Source: an uncultured Verrucomicrobiaceae bacterium
GTDB taxonomy: Bacteria > Pseudomonadota > Gammaproteobacteria > Pseudomonadales > CAMLJR01
DNA: 64,000 nt
Assembly (NCBI GenBank): GCA_964515735.1
Contig: CAZEVP010000007.1
Coordinates: forward strand, 8,821 to 72,820
Direction: 5' to 3'
A model generated the notes under the pieces. The model saw nothing but the letters and a program-made list of their open reading frames with translations. It was not told where the DNA came from and did no database searches. Shown piece by piece: positions 9,762-20,269 of the stretch (positions are counted from its first letter, which is position 1; each line of letters opens with the position of its first letter). The position numbers and the translations under genes were made by a program.

Positions 9762-10934
9762 TCACCCCCCGGCGATGGCGCGCGCCTGCAGCCCCTGGTT
9801 GTAGAGCGCCGTGATCAGATCGAACTGGCTGACCATGCCGAACAGCCGCTGTTCATCGTCGACCACCGGCAGCTGACGGTGACCGGAGGCCGCGAACAGC
9901 GGCACCAGCTCCATCACCGAATCGTCGCAGCGCGCCACCTGCACCGGCGCCGTCATGATCTGGCCGACCACCTCCGGGCGATCGGTGGCGACGGCGTGGA
10001 TGCGCCGCACGAAACGGCGCAGCCGCCGCGCCAGCGAGACGTGATCGCCGACACCGGCGTGCTTCATGAAATCGGCCGCGGTGACGATGCCGACGACGCG
10101 ACGCGCCGGATCGATCACCGGCACCGCCTTCAGCCGCTGGCGCTGCAGCAGGTGCCACGCCTCTTCGAGCGAGGTGCCGTAGCTGACCGCCGACACCGGC
10201 TGCATCACCAGATCGCCACAGGTCAGGCCGCCGAGCCGGCGCTGCCAGGCGTGGCGTTCGGCGCGCAGCAGCAGCGCCTCCAGATCCTCGCGCGCGATGT
10301 CGAGCAGCTCGTCGCCACCCTGCAGCGCGTAGTCGATATCCTCCGCCGTCACGCCCGGCCCACGGGCCGCCGGTGCCGCCGTGCCCGACACCGGTTCCGG
10401 CAGGCGCGGATAACGATGGCGCGTCAGGTTGTGGTACAGCGCCGCCGCGCCCAGCAGCAACAGCGAATTCAGCGCCACCGGCGCCAGCACGAACTCGAAA
10501 CCGGCCTGCTGGATCTCCGGGCCGCCGAGCACCGCCGTCAGCGCCATCGCGCCGCCGGGCGGGTGCAGGCAGCGCAGCGTCAGCATCAGTGCGATGGCAG
10601 AGGCCGCCGCCAGCGCCGCCGCCGGCCAGCTCTCGCCGAGCCACTGCGCGCACAGCACGCCGACCAATGCCGACAGCGTGTTGCCGCCGAGCATCGACCA
10701 CGGCTGCGCCAGCGGACTCGCCGGCAGCACGAACAGCAGCACCGCCGAGGCGCCCATCGGCCCGATCAGCCACGGCATCGCCCCCACCGTGTGCGGCAGC
10801 AGCTGCGACATCACCCAGGCCGTGGCACCGACACCGAGCAGCGCACCGATCGACACCCTCACCCGCTCCGCGACACCGATGGTCAACGGCGCGGGCTTCA
10901 ACCGGCGCAGCCAGGCCGACAACGGCAACGACAT
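9762..10934 (-). CDS. HPP-family membrane protein fused to tandem CBS domains
   Basis: Inside ORF 9762..11078, start MSLPLSAW (ATG 10934). The TM region contains the HPP motif (RCLHPPGGAMAL). The C-terminal half has two CBS repeats (CGDLVMQPVSAV...VPVID; IMTAPVQVARCDD...LPVVDD). Confidence 0.85.
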   Translation of the reverse strand: MSLPLSAWLRRLKPAPLTIGVAERVRVSIGALLGVGATAWVMSQLLPHTVGAMPWLIGPMGASAVLLFVLPASPLAQPWSMLGGNTLSALVGVLCAQWLGESWPAAALAAASAIALMLTLRCLHPPGGAMALTAVLGGPEIQQAGFEFVLAPVALNSLLLLGAAALYHNLTRHRYPRLPEPVSGTAAPAARGPGVTAEDIDYALQGGDELLDIAREDLEALLLRAERHAWQRRLGGLTCGDLVMQPVSAVSYGTSLEEAWHLLQRQRLKAVPVIDPARRVVGIVTAADFMKHAGVGDHVSLARRLRRFVRRIHAVATDRPEVVGQIMTAPVQVARCDDSVMELVPLFAASGHRQLPVVDDEQRLFGMVSQFDLITALYNQGLQARAIAGG

Positions 10935-10989
10935 CGGACTTCCCCTTCCACTCCGGATTCGAAGCGCGCGAATCTGACACCTTTTCTGC

Positions 10990-11042
10990 AAAAACAGAAA
11001 CGCGAAAAACAGAAATGCGCATTCCGGAAAAACAAAAATGCG
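10990..11042. repeat. Three A-rich 15-nt direct repeats in the hmp / HPP-CBS intergenic region
   Basis: AAAAACAGAAACGCG (10990-11004), AAAAACAGAAATGCG (11005-11019) and AAAAACAAAAATGCG (11028-11042). They lie 56-108 nt upstream of the HPP-CBS start in an otherwise GC-rich genome. Confidence 0.6.
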
Positions 11043-11066
11043 CGGAACCCTCGCGGGCTCCGCGCC
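11040..11066 (-). terminator. GC-rich stem-loop downstream of hmp
   Basis: GCGCGGA-ACCCTCGCGGGC-TCCGCGC, 46 nt after the hmp stop as read on the minus strand. No clear U-tract. Confidence 0.35.
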
Positions 11067-11111
11067 AATCACCACCACGGAAAATCGTCGGGAATCGAGG
11101 AGAGTCCCCCG

Positions 11112-12293
11112 TCAGGCGACGGCGAGCTCCTCCTTCGGACCGAAGAACTCGAAGCGGGTCTGCCCTTCCGGCACACCGAGCTCGCGCGCGATGCGGTAGA
11201 CCGACTGCATGAACGGCTTCGGCCCGAGGAAGTAGAGATCGACATCGCGGTCGGACGGCAGCCGCGACGCCAGCAGCTCGGTCGTGATCAGGCCGCGCAC
11301 GTGCGGTTTGTCGTCCGGCAGCGCTTCGTTGTAGAGGTAGAACGGCCGCACGTTGCTGTGTTGCAGCGCGGTGGCGTCGACGTGATCGCGGAAGGCGTGC
11401 ACGTCGCTGTTCAGCGCCGCGTGGATGAACTCGATCTGGCGCCCGCTGGCGGCGGCGGCATTCAGCATCGCCAGCGCCGGCGTGATGCCGACACCGCCGC
11501 TGACCAGTACCAACGGCTTCTCCGACTCCTGCAGCACGAACTCGCCACACGGTGCCAGCAGCTCGACCACGTCGCCGACCTGCACCTTGTCGTGCAGGTA
11601 ATTCGACGCCAGCCCGCTCGGCTCGCGCTTGACGCTGATGCGGTAGTAGGGCTTGCCCGGTGCATCCGACAGCGAGTAGTTGCGGCGCAGTGGCTGGCCG
11701 TCGATGTTCAGCAGCACCGTGGTGTACTGGCCCGGCTGGAACGTCATCAGCTGGCCACCGTCGACCGGCTCGAAATAGAACGAGGTGATCACCGCGCTCT
11801 CGCGCTGCTTGCGCGCCACCCGGAAGGCGCGCGGGCCGCGCCAGCCGCCGGGCCGCGCCGCGTTCTCGCGATAGACCTGCTCCTCGGCCGCGATCAGGAT
11901 GTCGGCGAGCTGACCGTAGGCGGCGGCCCAGGCATCGATGATCTCGTCGGTGGCGGCCTCGCCGAGCACATCGCGAATCGCCGCCAGCAGGCAGGTGCCA
12001 ACGATCGGGTACTGCTCGGGGCGAATGTCGAGTGCGGCGTGCTTCTGCACGATCACCGGCAGCGCATCCTTCAGCGCCTCCAGCCGGTCGATGTGGGCGG
12101 CATAGGCCAGCACCGCGTTGGCCAGCGCCCGCGCCTGCGTGCCGGCCGCCTGATGCGCCTCGTTGAAATAGGCCTTCACCTCGGGATACTCGCTGAACAT
12201 CTTGTTGTAGAAGTGGCGGGTGATCTGCTCACCGTACTGCTGCAGCACGGGCACGGTGGCTTTGATGATGGCGATGGTCTGTTCCGACAGCAT
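11112..12293 (-). CDS. hmp: Flavohemoprotein (NO dioxygenase)
   Basis: Inside ORF 11112..12539, start MLSEQTIAIIKATVPVL (ATG 12293). Globin domain followed by FNR-like FAD/NAD modules (RNYSLSD, LVSGGVGITP). 393 aa. Confidence 0.95.
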   Translation of the reverse strand: MLSEQTIAIIKATVPVLQQYGEQITRHFYNKMFSEYPEVKAYFNEAHQAAGTQARALANAVLAYAAHIDRLEALKDALPVIVQKHAALDIRPEQYPIVGTCLLAAIRDVLGEAATDEIIDAWAAAYGQLADILIAAEEQVYRENAARPGGWRGPRAFRVARKQRESAVITSFYFEPVDGGQLMTFQPGQYTTVLLNIDGQPLRRNYSLSDAPGKPYYRISVKREPSGLASNYLHDKVQVGDVVELLAPCGEFVLQESEKPLVLVSGGVGITPALAMLNAAAASGRQIEFIHAALNSDVHAFRDHVDATALQHSNVRPFYLYNEALPDDKPHVRGLITTELLASRLPSDRDVDLYFLGPKPFMQSVYRIARELGVPEGQTRFEFFGPKEELAVA

Positions 12294-12350
12294 GGTGTTC
12301 TCCTCGGGTGATCGGCGGCGCGATGCCACCTTGTACTTCACCCAATGCAA

Positions 12351-12366
12351 TCCAATCTTCGTGCCA
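12351..12366 (-). promoter_or_regulatory. Putative sigma-54 promoter of hmp
   Basis: The minus strand reads TGGCAC-GAAGA-TTGGA, against the consensus TGGCAC-N5-TTGCW (one mismatch in the -12 element). It lies ~58 nt upstream of the hmp ATG and downstream of three NorR-type sites. Confidence 0.5.
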
Positions 12367-12407
12367 AGCAAAAACTCCTTGAGTAAAGGCCACTTGGAAA
12401 CTAAGTT

Positions 12408-12438
12408 GTCACTTTGACACAAGGATGGATCGGGTCTT

Positions 12439-12464
<26 letters not shown>
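12408..12464. promoter_or_regulatory. Three NorR-type GT-N7-AC enhancer sites
   Basis: GTCACTTTGAC (12408-12418), GTCTTATGAAC (12434-12444) and GTCAAATCGAC (12454-12464). They are centred roughly 70-120 nt upstream of the predicted hmp start site. The last two overlap the 5' end of norR. Confidence 0.5.
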
Positions 12465-14012
<1,548 letters not shown>

Positions 14013-14016
<4 letters not shown>

Positions 14017-15497
14017 CGACTGCGCTGCATTTCGAGCCGGCGCAGAAACTCCTGCATGACGAGGCGATAGAGCTCGTCGCCGAGAAAGCGGTCCTCGACG
14101 CCGCGATCGATGCTCGGGTTGTCGTTGACCTCGATGACCACGGCGCGGTTGCCGTGCTGCTTGACGTCGACGCCGTAGAGGCCGTCGCCGATCAGCTGCG
14201 TCGCCTTCACCGCCGCGTCGAGCACCGGGCGCGGCACCTCGAAGGTCGGCAGCGTGTCGAAGCCGCCGCTCTGCGCGCTGCCGCCGGCGCCGTGTTTGTA
14301 GATCTGCCAGTGCTTTTTCACCATGTAGTAGCGGCAGGCGTAGATCGGCTTGTGGTTCAGCACGCCGATGCGCCAGTCGTACTCGGTGTACATGAACTCC
14401 TGCGCCAGCAGCAGCGCCGAATCCTCGAACAGGCGCTCGGCTTCGGCGCGGAACTGCTCGATGCTCTCGACCTTGGCCATGCCGCGCGAAAAGGCACCGT
14501 CGGGAATCTTCAGCACGTGCGGGAAGCCGAGCTGCTCGCTCACCTGCCGTTCGATGTCGCTCTGGTCGCGGGCCAGGATCAGCGTCTTCGGCGCCGGCAC
14601 CTTGTGCGCGCGGAACAGGTCGGCGAGATAGATCTTGTTGGTGCAGCGCAGGATCGAGGTCGGGTCGTCGATCACCACCATGCCCTCGGCCTCGGCCTTC
14701 TTGGCGAAGTGGTAGGTGTGGTGGTCGATCGCCGTGGTCTCGCGGATGAACAGACCGTCGTACTCGGTCAGCCGCATGTAGTCCTTCTTCTGGATCAGCT
14801 CGACGTTGATCTGCAGTTCGCGGCCGGCGCGGATGAACTGCTTCAGCGCAGAGGCGTCGCTCGGCGGCAGCTGTTCGGTCGGGTTGACCAGCATCGCCAG
14901 GTCGAAGCGGTAGCGGCGCCGTGTCTTCGGCGCGCGCCAGATCTTGCGGCTGAAATGGTCGAGCGCGTCGGCGAACGCGGTCTGCTCGTCGTCGGTCAGC
15001 TTGGCCGGCGTCAGCGGCTTGATGCGCGAGATCATCCAGCCCTTGCGCCGCTTCAGCTCGATGTCGAGGATCGGCGCCGGAAAACGCTCGAACAGCAGCC
15101 GCGCCAGCGGCTGCAACCCCGGCTCCGGCGATTCGCCGAAGTAGACCTTGACGTTGAGCCGCGCGCCACTCTCGATGGCGATGTCGCGCTGCCGCGCCAG
15201 CGCGTCGGCCTCGCGGTTGAAATCGGGCAGCGCCAGCGAATAGAGCGTGCGCGAACGCAGGTCGTTCAGCGTGCGCACCTCGGGAATCACCTTGTGGCCG
15301 CGCGCCTCGGCCAGCAGCGAGCAGTAGTACCCCTTCGACAGGTAGCGCGACTGCGGGCACAGGTTGATGACGCGAACGCCGCGGCCATCGCTCTTGTCGT
15401 CGAGAGCGAGGTAGTCGTTGAAGGTGATCACCTGCTCGCTCGGAAAGAACGGCCCCCAGTCCCTGCGGTTCTCGACCACCAGATAGAGCGTAGACAC
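14013..15497 (-). CDS. RimK-like ATP-grasp amidoligase with an N-terminal extension domain
   Basis: 494 aa. The C-terminal ~300 aa is ATP-grasp ([46 protein letters not shown]). The ~190-aa N-terminal domain ([14 protein letters not shown]...) resembles the RimK-associated N-terminal domain. The stop overlaps the norR stop in a shared CTAG. Confidence 0.85.
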
Positions 15498-15679
15498 GCG
15501 ATGCCCATCCCCTGCGCGATGCGTCAGCCGATGTCGGACGAGTTGTCGAACGGAAAATTCGCCGTCGATAATAGACGCGACGTTTTCGCCGCTCCAGCGA
15601 CCGGACGCGGCGACCGCGTCGAAGTGCGGACGCCCTCTCCGCTACCGCGGCATCCATCGCGCGCCAACCGGGCCACTCC

Positions 15680-16792
15680 ATGAGCGAACCGCTGCGCTAC
15701 CGCCTCGCCGATCGCACCGACGTCACCGCGCTGACCGAACTGGAGGAGCGCTGCTTCAGCAGCGACCGCCTCAGCCGGCGCAGCTTCCTGCGCATGGTCG
15801 CCACCGACCGCGCCTGGCTGCTGGTGGCCGAGCGCGGCGACGGCGAACTGCTCGGCTACGCGCTGGTGCTGTTCCACCGCGGCACCAGTCTCGCCCGCCT
15901 CTACTCGATCGCGGTCGACCCGGCCGCGCGCGGCCGCGGCGTCGCCGAGGTGCTGCTGCAGCGCGCCGAGGAGGCAGCCGCGGCGCGCGGGCGCGTGTTC
16001 ATGCGGCTGGAGGTCAACGCCGGCAACCACGGCGCCATCCGCCTCTACGAGAAACTCGGCTACCAGCGCTTCGGCGTCTACGTCGACTACTACGCCGACC
16101 ACGCCGATGCGCTGCGGATGCAGAAGCGGATAGCCCACTACCCGCACGACGCCAGCCACCGCTCGCTGCCGTACTACGCGCAGACCACCGAGTTCACCTG
16201 CGGGCCGGCGGCGCTGATGATGGCGATGGCGGCGCTGAACCCCGGCTACCAGCCGTCGCGCAGCGAGGAGCTGCAGCTGTGGCGCGAGGCGACGACGATC
16301 TACATGACCTCCGGCCACGGTGGCTGCGGCCCGCACGGGCTGGCGCTGGCGGCGTGGCGGCGCGGCTTGCGCGCCCGCATCCACATCAGCCAGCGCGGCC
16401 CGCTGTTCGTCGAGGGGGTGCGGCGCGCCGAGAAGAAATCGGTCATGGAGCAGGTGCACGGCGACTTCCTGACGCAGCTGCAGGCGACCGACGTCGAGCT
16501 GCACTACGCCGCCGCCGACCTCGCCACGCTGCGCCGGGCGATCGCCGCGGAGTGGGTGCCGCTGGTGCTGATCAGCACCTGGCGCTACGACCGCAAGAAG
16601 TCACCGCACTGGGTCGTCGTCACCGCCATCGACGAGCGCTTCGTCTACATCCACGACCCCGACTGCGACGAGCAGACCGACCGCAACGCCTTCGACTGCC
16701 AGTACCTGCCAATCGAGATCGCCCCGTTCCTGAAGAGCATGCAGTTCGGCCAGCAGCGGCTGCGGGCGGCACTGCTGATCGGGCGGCGCTGA
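15680..16792 (+). CDS. GNAT N-acetyltransferase fused to a C39/papain-like cysteine peptidase domain
   Basis: 370 aa. The GNAT core is RLYSIAVDPAARGRGVAEVLL...NHGAIRLYEKLGY. The C-terminal half has Q-x5-C (AQTTEFTCGPAALMMA), HWVVV and IHDP, a complete Q/C/H/D catalytic set. Confidence 0.85.
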   Translation: MSEPLRYRLADRTDVTALTELEERCFSSDRLSRRSFLRMVATDRAWLLVAERGDGELLGYALVLFHRGTSLARLYSIAVDPAARGRGVAEVLLQRAEEAAAARGRVFMRLEVNAGNHGAIRLYEKLGYQRFGVYVDYYADHADALRMQKRIAHYPHDASHRSLPYYAQTTEFTCGPAALMMAMAALNPGYQPSRSEELQLWREATTIYMTSGHGGCGPHGLALAAWRRGLRARIHISQRGPLFVEGVRRAEKKSVMEQVHGDFLTQLQATDVELHYAAADLATLRRAIAAEWVPLVLISTWRYDRKKSPHWVVVTAIDERFVYIHDPDCDEQTDRNAFDCQYLPIEIAPFLKSMQFGQQRLRAALLIGRR

Positions 16793-16798
16793 GCCGTG

Positions 16799-16820
16799 GC
16801 GGCAAGCATTTGCCGCTTTC
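16799..16820 (+). terminator. Intrinsic terminator-like hairpin after the GNAT/peptidase gene
   Basis: GCGGCAA-GCAT-TTGCCGC followed by TTTC, 7 nt after the stop. Confidence 0.5.
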
Positions 16821-16909
16821 CCGTCGCTTTCTTGACACCCCTGTGGCAAATCCTGGTCACGGCGCAAAACTGATAACACAACCAGTTGTTTTAAATAACT
16901 TATTTCTCG

Positions 16910-17890
16910 ATGGCACAGCATTCGCTTCGAGCATGGCGAACCGGTCCACTTCGTCCGAGACCGAGCCCAGCGAGAGCCCACATGGTCCCCAACGAAACGT
17001 CGCCGCCCGTGCTGAACATCGTCGCCAGCAACCCCCCGGCCATCGTCCCGGAACAGCGCCTCGCGCTGCGCCTGCGGCTGGCCGAGCGGCTGCACACGAC
17101 ACTCGATCCGGTCGAGCTGCTGGAGCGTTTCGCACAGGAGCTGCAGCGGGAGATCGGCAAGGTCGCCCTGCGTTTCACCAGCGAGAGCGGCGACCTGCGC
17201 GTCGAGCACGGCAACGAGCGCCCGCACAGCTGCAGCTATCACCTGCACCACGGCGAATACCCGCTCGGCGAACTGCTGCTGCAGCGCCGCCGCCGCTTCG
17301 GCGACCAGGAGATGGAGAAGATCGAACTGATGATCGGCTGCATGGTGCCGGCACTGCTGAACGCGATGACCCACCGCGACGTGCTGCGCAACGTCACCCG
17401 CGACGCGCTGACCGGCGTCGGCAACCGCGCCGCGCTGGAGCTGGCCGCCACGCACGAGATCGCCGTCGCCCGCCGCCACGGCTCGCCGTCATCGCTGCTG
17501 ATCATCGACATCGACCACTTCAAGGCGATCAACGACACCCTCGGCCACCTCGCCGGCGACCACGCCCTGCGCGAGACGGCACAGCTGCTGCGCCAGATCA
17601 GCCGCGGCACCGACGACCTGTTCCGCTTCGGCGGCGAGGAGTTCGTGCTGCTGCTGAGCGGCACCGACGCCGCTGGCGCGGCAGTGATCGCCGAGCGTCT
17701 GCGCCAGCAGGTGGCGCGGCGCTGGGCGCATTCGCTGCAGATCACCGTCAGCATCGGCGTCGCCGAACTGACCGGCGAAGACAACCTGCTCTCCTGGCTC
17801 GAGCGCGCGGACGTCGCGCTCTACGAAGGCAAACGCGCCGGCCGCAACTGCGTCCGGGTCGCATCGCAGCTGCAGCGCAAGGGCGCCTGA
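16910..17890 (+). CDS. Diguanylate cyclase (GGDEF) with an N-terminal GAF-like sensory region
   Basis: 326 aa (alternative start MVPNETS at 16982). [28 protein letters not shown], an RGTD I-site five residues before GGEEF, and VSIGVA. Confidence 0.85.
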   Translation: MAQHSLRAWRTGPLRPRPSPARAHMVPNETSPPVLNIVASNPPAIVPEQRLALRLRLAERLHTTLDPVELLERFAQELQREIGKVALRFTSESGDLRVEHGNERPHSCSYHLHHGEYPLGELLLQRRRRFGDQEMEKIELMIGCMVPALLNAMTHRDVLRNVTRDALTGVGNRAALELAATHEIAVARRHGSPSSLLIIDIDHFKAINDTLGHLAGDHALRETAQLLRQISRGTDDLFRFGGEEFVLLLSGTDAAGAAVIAERLRQQVARRWAHSLQITVSIGVAELTGEDNLLSWLERADVALYEGKRAGRNCVRVASQLQRKGA

Positions 17891-17906
17891 GACAGATCAC
17901 CGCAAG

Positions 17907-17927
17907 GCGGCCCGCAATGGGCCGCCC
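17907..17927 (+). terminator. Stem-loop after the GGDEF gene
   Basis: GGCGGCCC-GCAAT-GGGCCGCC, 17 nt after the stop. No U-tract follows. Confidence 0.35.
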
Positions 17928-18048
17928 GCCAGCACCGCCTGCCGGCACACTCCAAATTCTTCACAAATTCCGTGCGCAGTACGCCACTGCCAGCGCATCG
18001 CCATTGCGTTCAAATAACCTGGCACCACACCGCTTCAGGGAGGAAAAC

Positions 18049-18099
18049 ATGTCGAACGGTTTCGGCCATCTCCACCCGCTGTTTCGATCACTGCTGTAG
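18049..18099 (+). CDS. Candidate 16-codon small ORF (MSNGFGHLHPLFRSLL)
   Basis: ATG preceded by AGGGAGGAAAAC, a near-perfect SD with 5-6 nt spacing. It sits 127 nt upstream of the orphan operon. Only sequence context supports it. Confidence 0.3.
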   Translation: MSNGFGHLHPLFRSLL

Positions 18100-18225
18100 C
18101 GCAGCGCACGGTCGCGCTGCCCGACGTCGACCGCCTGGCCGTCCCGACGACATGACGAGCATCCGGCTCGCTGCCGGCCGCCTCGTCAATCCCCTGACAA
18201 TCCATTCGTCAACGGGAGCATCGTC

Positions 18226-18801
18226 ATGCCATCCATTCAAGATGTCGCCGACCAGATCAACGCCCGGCTCGACCAGATCAACACCCACAGCGCCGCTACC
18301 GCGCAGAACACCGCCGACCTGCTGGTGCAGGCGACGCAGAGCAATACCCGCCTCGCCCAGATCGACAACACGCTCGGCACCGGCTTCGCCAACCTGTCGC
18401 AGGGGCTGTTCGCACTGCTGCAGATACAGAGCGTCGCGCTCGATCTGCTCGACCACAACCGCAGACAGAACGACACCATCATCTGCGAGCTGGCCAGCGG
18501 CAACGGCCTGCTCTGCAACATCATGCGCAAGCTCGGCAGGCAGGTCGCGCTCAGCGCGGCCGAACTCGAAGCGGTCGAACGCATCGAGGGCATCGCCGAA
18601 CGCGCGCGTGCCGGCGAGGCCGCGGACTACGACCGCAACCTCGCGCTGCAACAGCGCATGGAGGCCTGCTGCCCGCCGCGCCCACAGCCGGAAGAACCCT
18701 GCCCCGAACCGTGCAAGGCGCCCGCGTACAAGGAGCGTCGCCCCGGCAGTCAGGAGTGGAAGCCGCTGCCGGCCCCGAAACAGCCGAATCCGGTGGGGTG
18801 A
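18226..18801 (+). CDS. Hypothetical protein: ~140-aa helical region plus a Cys/Pro-rich tail
   Basis: 191 aa with strong GC3 bias in this frame. GGGAG lies 8 nt upstream. Q/N/T-rich helical heptad-like N-terminus (DVADQINARLDQINTHSAATAQNTADLL...). Tail is CCPPRPQPEEPCPEPCKAP. No signal peptide and no family recognised. Confidence 0.6.
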   Translation: MPSIQDVADQINARLDQINTHSAATAQNTADLLVQATQSNTRLAQIDNTLGTGFANLSQGLFALLQIQSVALDLLDHNRRQNDTIICELASGNGLLCNIMRKLGRQVALSAAELEAVERIEGIAERARAGEAADYDRNLALQQRMEACCPPRPQPEEPCPEPCKAPAYKERRPGSQEWKPLPAPKQPNPVG

Positions 18802-18805
18802 TGCC

Positions 18806-20269
18806 ATGGCCATGTTCATACTCAGCGATGCCAGCGGCATCGGCTCGGACGATCTCGATCCGCTGCAGGCCTTCGTCGATCTCGTCATCATCGCCAACGA
18901 CGACGGCATCGGCATGGACGACCCGGTCGGCGGCCTGCAGCGCGTCACCTACAACCGCACGCAGAATGGCGCACCGCAGCTGCGCCTCGACGATCTGGTC
19001 AACACCGCCTTCACCCCCGACTACGGCGCCGGACCGCAGAACGTCGACACCATCGTCATCGCCGGGCTGAAGGATTTCGTGCTCGACGACGGCAGCTCGT
19101 TCGCCGACAACGGCACCGCGCTGCCGCCGGCGAGCAGCGGGCTCGGCGGCGCCAGCCTGAACACGACGGAGAACTGCCTCGTCATCTACGACACGCAGCA
19201 GAACATCTGCGTGGCGCGCGACGGCAGCGGCGGCGACATCGACCTGTCGATCTCCAACCCGGTCGTGCTCTACCACGAGTTCTCGCACGCGTTCCGCATC
19301 GTCAACAACACGCTGCTCTCTCTCGGCGGCGGCTGCGACCCGGCCTCACCCGAGGAGAACGCCGCGATCGTCGACGAGAATGACCTGCGCACGCAGATCG
19401 CCAACCGCATCGGCGCGACGCCGGAGCTGCGCGACCCGAACATCCACTGCGGTCAGGTCGGCTGCAGTGGCGGCTGTTGCATCATCGCCAGCGTCGCCTC
19501 GCGCTCGTGGAGTTCGCGTCAGGTGCAGGCACTGCGCGACGTGCGCGACCACTTCGTGCGCAGCACCGAGGTCGGCTTCGCCTTCTTCGAGCAGTTCTTC
19601 CGCGACTACTACTCGTTTTCGCCGCAGGTCTGCACGCTGATGGAACAGAGCCCGGGCGTGCCGGAGGCGCTGCTGGACGGCTACATCCACCCGCTGCTGG
19701 AGTTCTGGCAGATGATGATCCTGCGCTCGCGCGCGCCGTGCGACACGGCAGCGCTCGGCACGCTGTTCGCGTCGCGCCACACCGATATCGGACAGGCGCG
19801 CGACCGGCTGCTGGCGATCGGAGACATCGTCGAACGCTGGCTGACGCAACAGAGCGACAGCCCGGCCACCGAGGCGCTGATGAACCTGCTGGCCGAGCAC
19901 GCCTGGCCGAGCGAGTACATGCAGTGGGCGCTGATCGAGCCGGTGCGGATCTATCGCCGCCTGCTGAACGCCCACTGTCAGGGCGCGACAGCGGCCGCGC
20001 TCGGCGAACAGTTCGCCGAGGCGCTGGACGACTGGGCGCCGCGTTTTCCGCTGGTACCGGTCTGGGGTGCGCTGTCGGCCGACGAGGTGGTGCGGGAACT
20101 GGCGTTCTGCGAATCGGCGCTGATGCAGAGCCGGCGCGGACGCAGCCGCTTCCGCGATCGTCTGCGCAAGCGCTTCACTGAGGTGACGTCGATCGTCGCG
20201 GTGCTGAACGACGGTTTCGCCCCACTACAGGAGAGCCGCGCGCCGGGAGGTGCCCATGGCCACGGATGA
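18806..20269 (+). CDS. Hypothetical HExxH (zinc-metallopeptidase-like) protein with an internal Cys cluster and a long helical C-terminal domain
   Basis: Corresponds to the 3' two-thirds of ORF 17972..20269. Start MAMFILSD (ATG 18806), 4 nt after the upstream stop. 487 aa with strong GC3 bias. LYHEFSHAF lies at nt 19274-19288, followed ~25 aa later by PEENAAIVDENDLR, a possible third-ligand Glu. CGQVGCSGGCCIIASVAS starts at nt 19448. Confidence 0.6.
   Translation: MAMFILSDASGIGSDDLDPLQAFVDLVIIANDDGIGMDDPVGGLQRVTYNRTQNGAPQLRLDDLVNTAFTPDYGAGPQNVDTIVIAGLKDFVLDDGSSFADNGTALPPASSGLGGASLNTTENCLVIYDTQQNICVARDGSGGDIDLSISNPVVLYHEFSHAFRIVNNTLLSLGGGCDPASPEENAAIVDENDLRTQIANRIGATPELRDPNIHCGQVGCSGGCCIIASVASRSWSSRQVQALRDVRDHFVRSTEVGFAFFEQFFRDYYSFSPQVCTLMEQSPGVPEALLDGYIHPLLEFWQMMILRSRAPCDTAALGTLFASRHTDIGQARDRLLAIGDIVERWLTQQSDSPATEALMNLLAEHAWPSEYMQWALIEPVRIYRRLLNAHCQGATAAALGEQFAEALDDWAPRFPLVPVWGALSADEVVRELAFCESALMQSRRGRSRFRDRLRKRFTEVTSIVAVLNDGFAPLQESRAPGGAHGHG

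Noticed and set aside
9853-12311. Very long ORFs (565 aa minus strand, 810 aa plus strand) overlapping the HPP-CBS and hmp genes
   Set aside because: They are alternative-frame or antisense shadows of two genes with clear family signatures. Their translations are low-complexity R/A/G/P strings with no motifs.
18020-18035. Sigma-54-like TGGCAC upstream of the small ORF
   Set aside because: The -12 GC lies one base too close (TGGCAC-CACAC-CGCT). A start site there would also remove the strong SD of the small ORF from the mRNA. No enhancer-binding protein gene is adjacent.
17972-18805. N-terminal 278 codons of the 765-aa ORF 17972..20269
   Set aside because: This part overlaps the well-supported 18226..18801 gene in another frame and translates to R/P/S/T-rich low complexity. 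The real gene starts at MAMFILSD (18806), right after the upstream stop.
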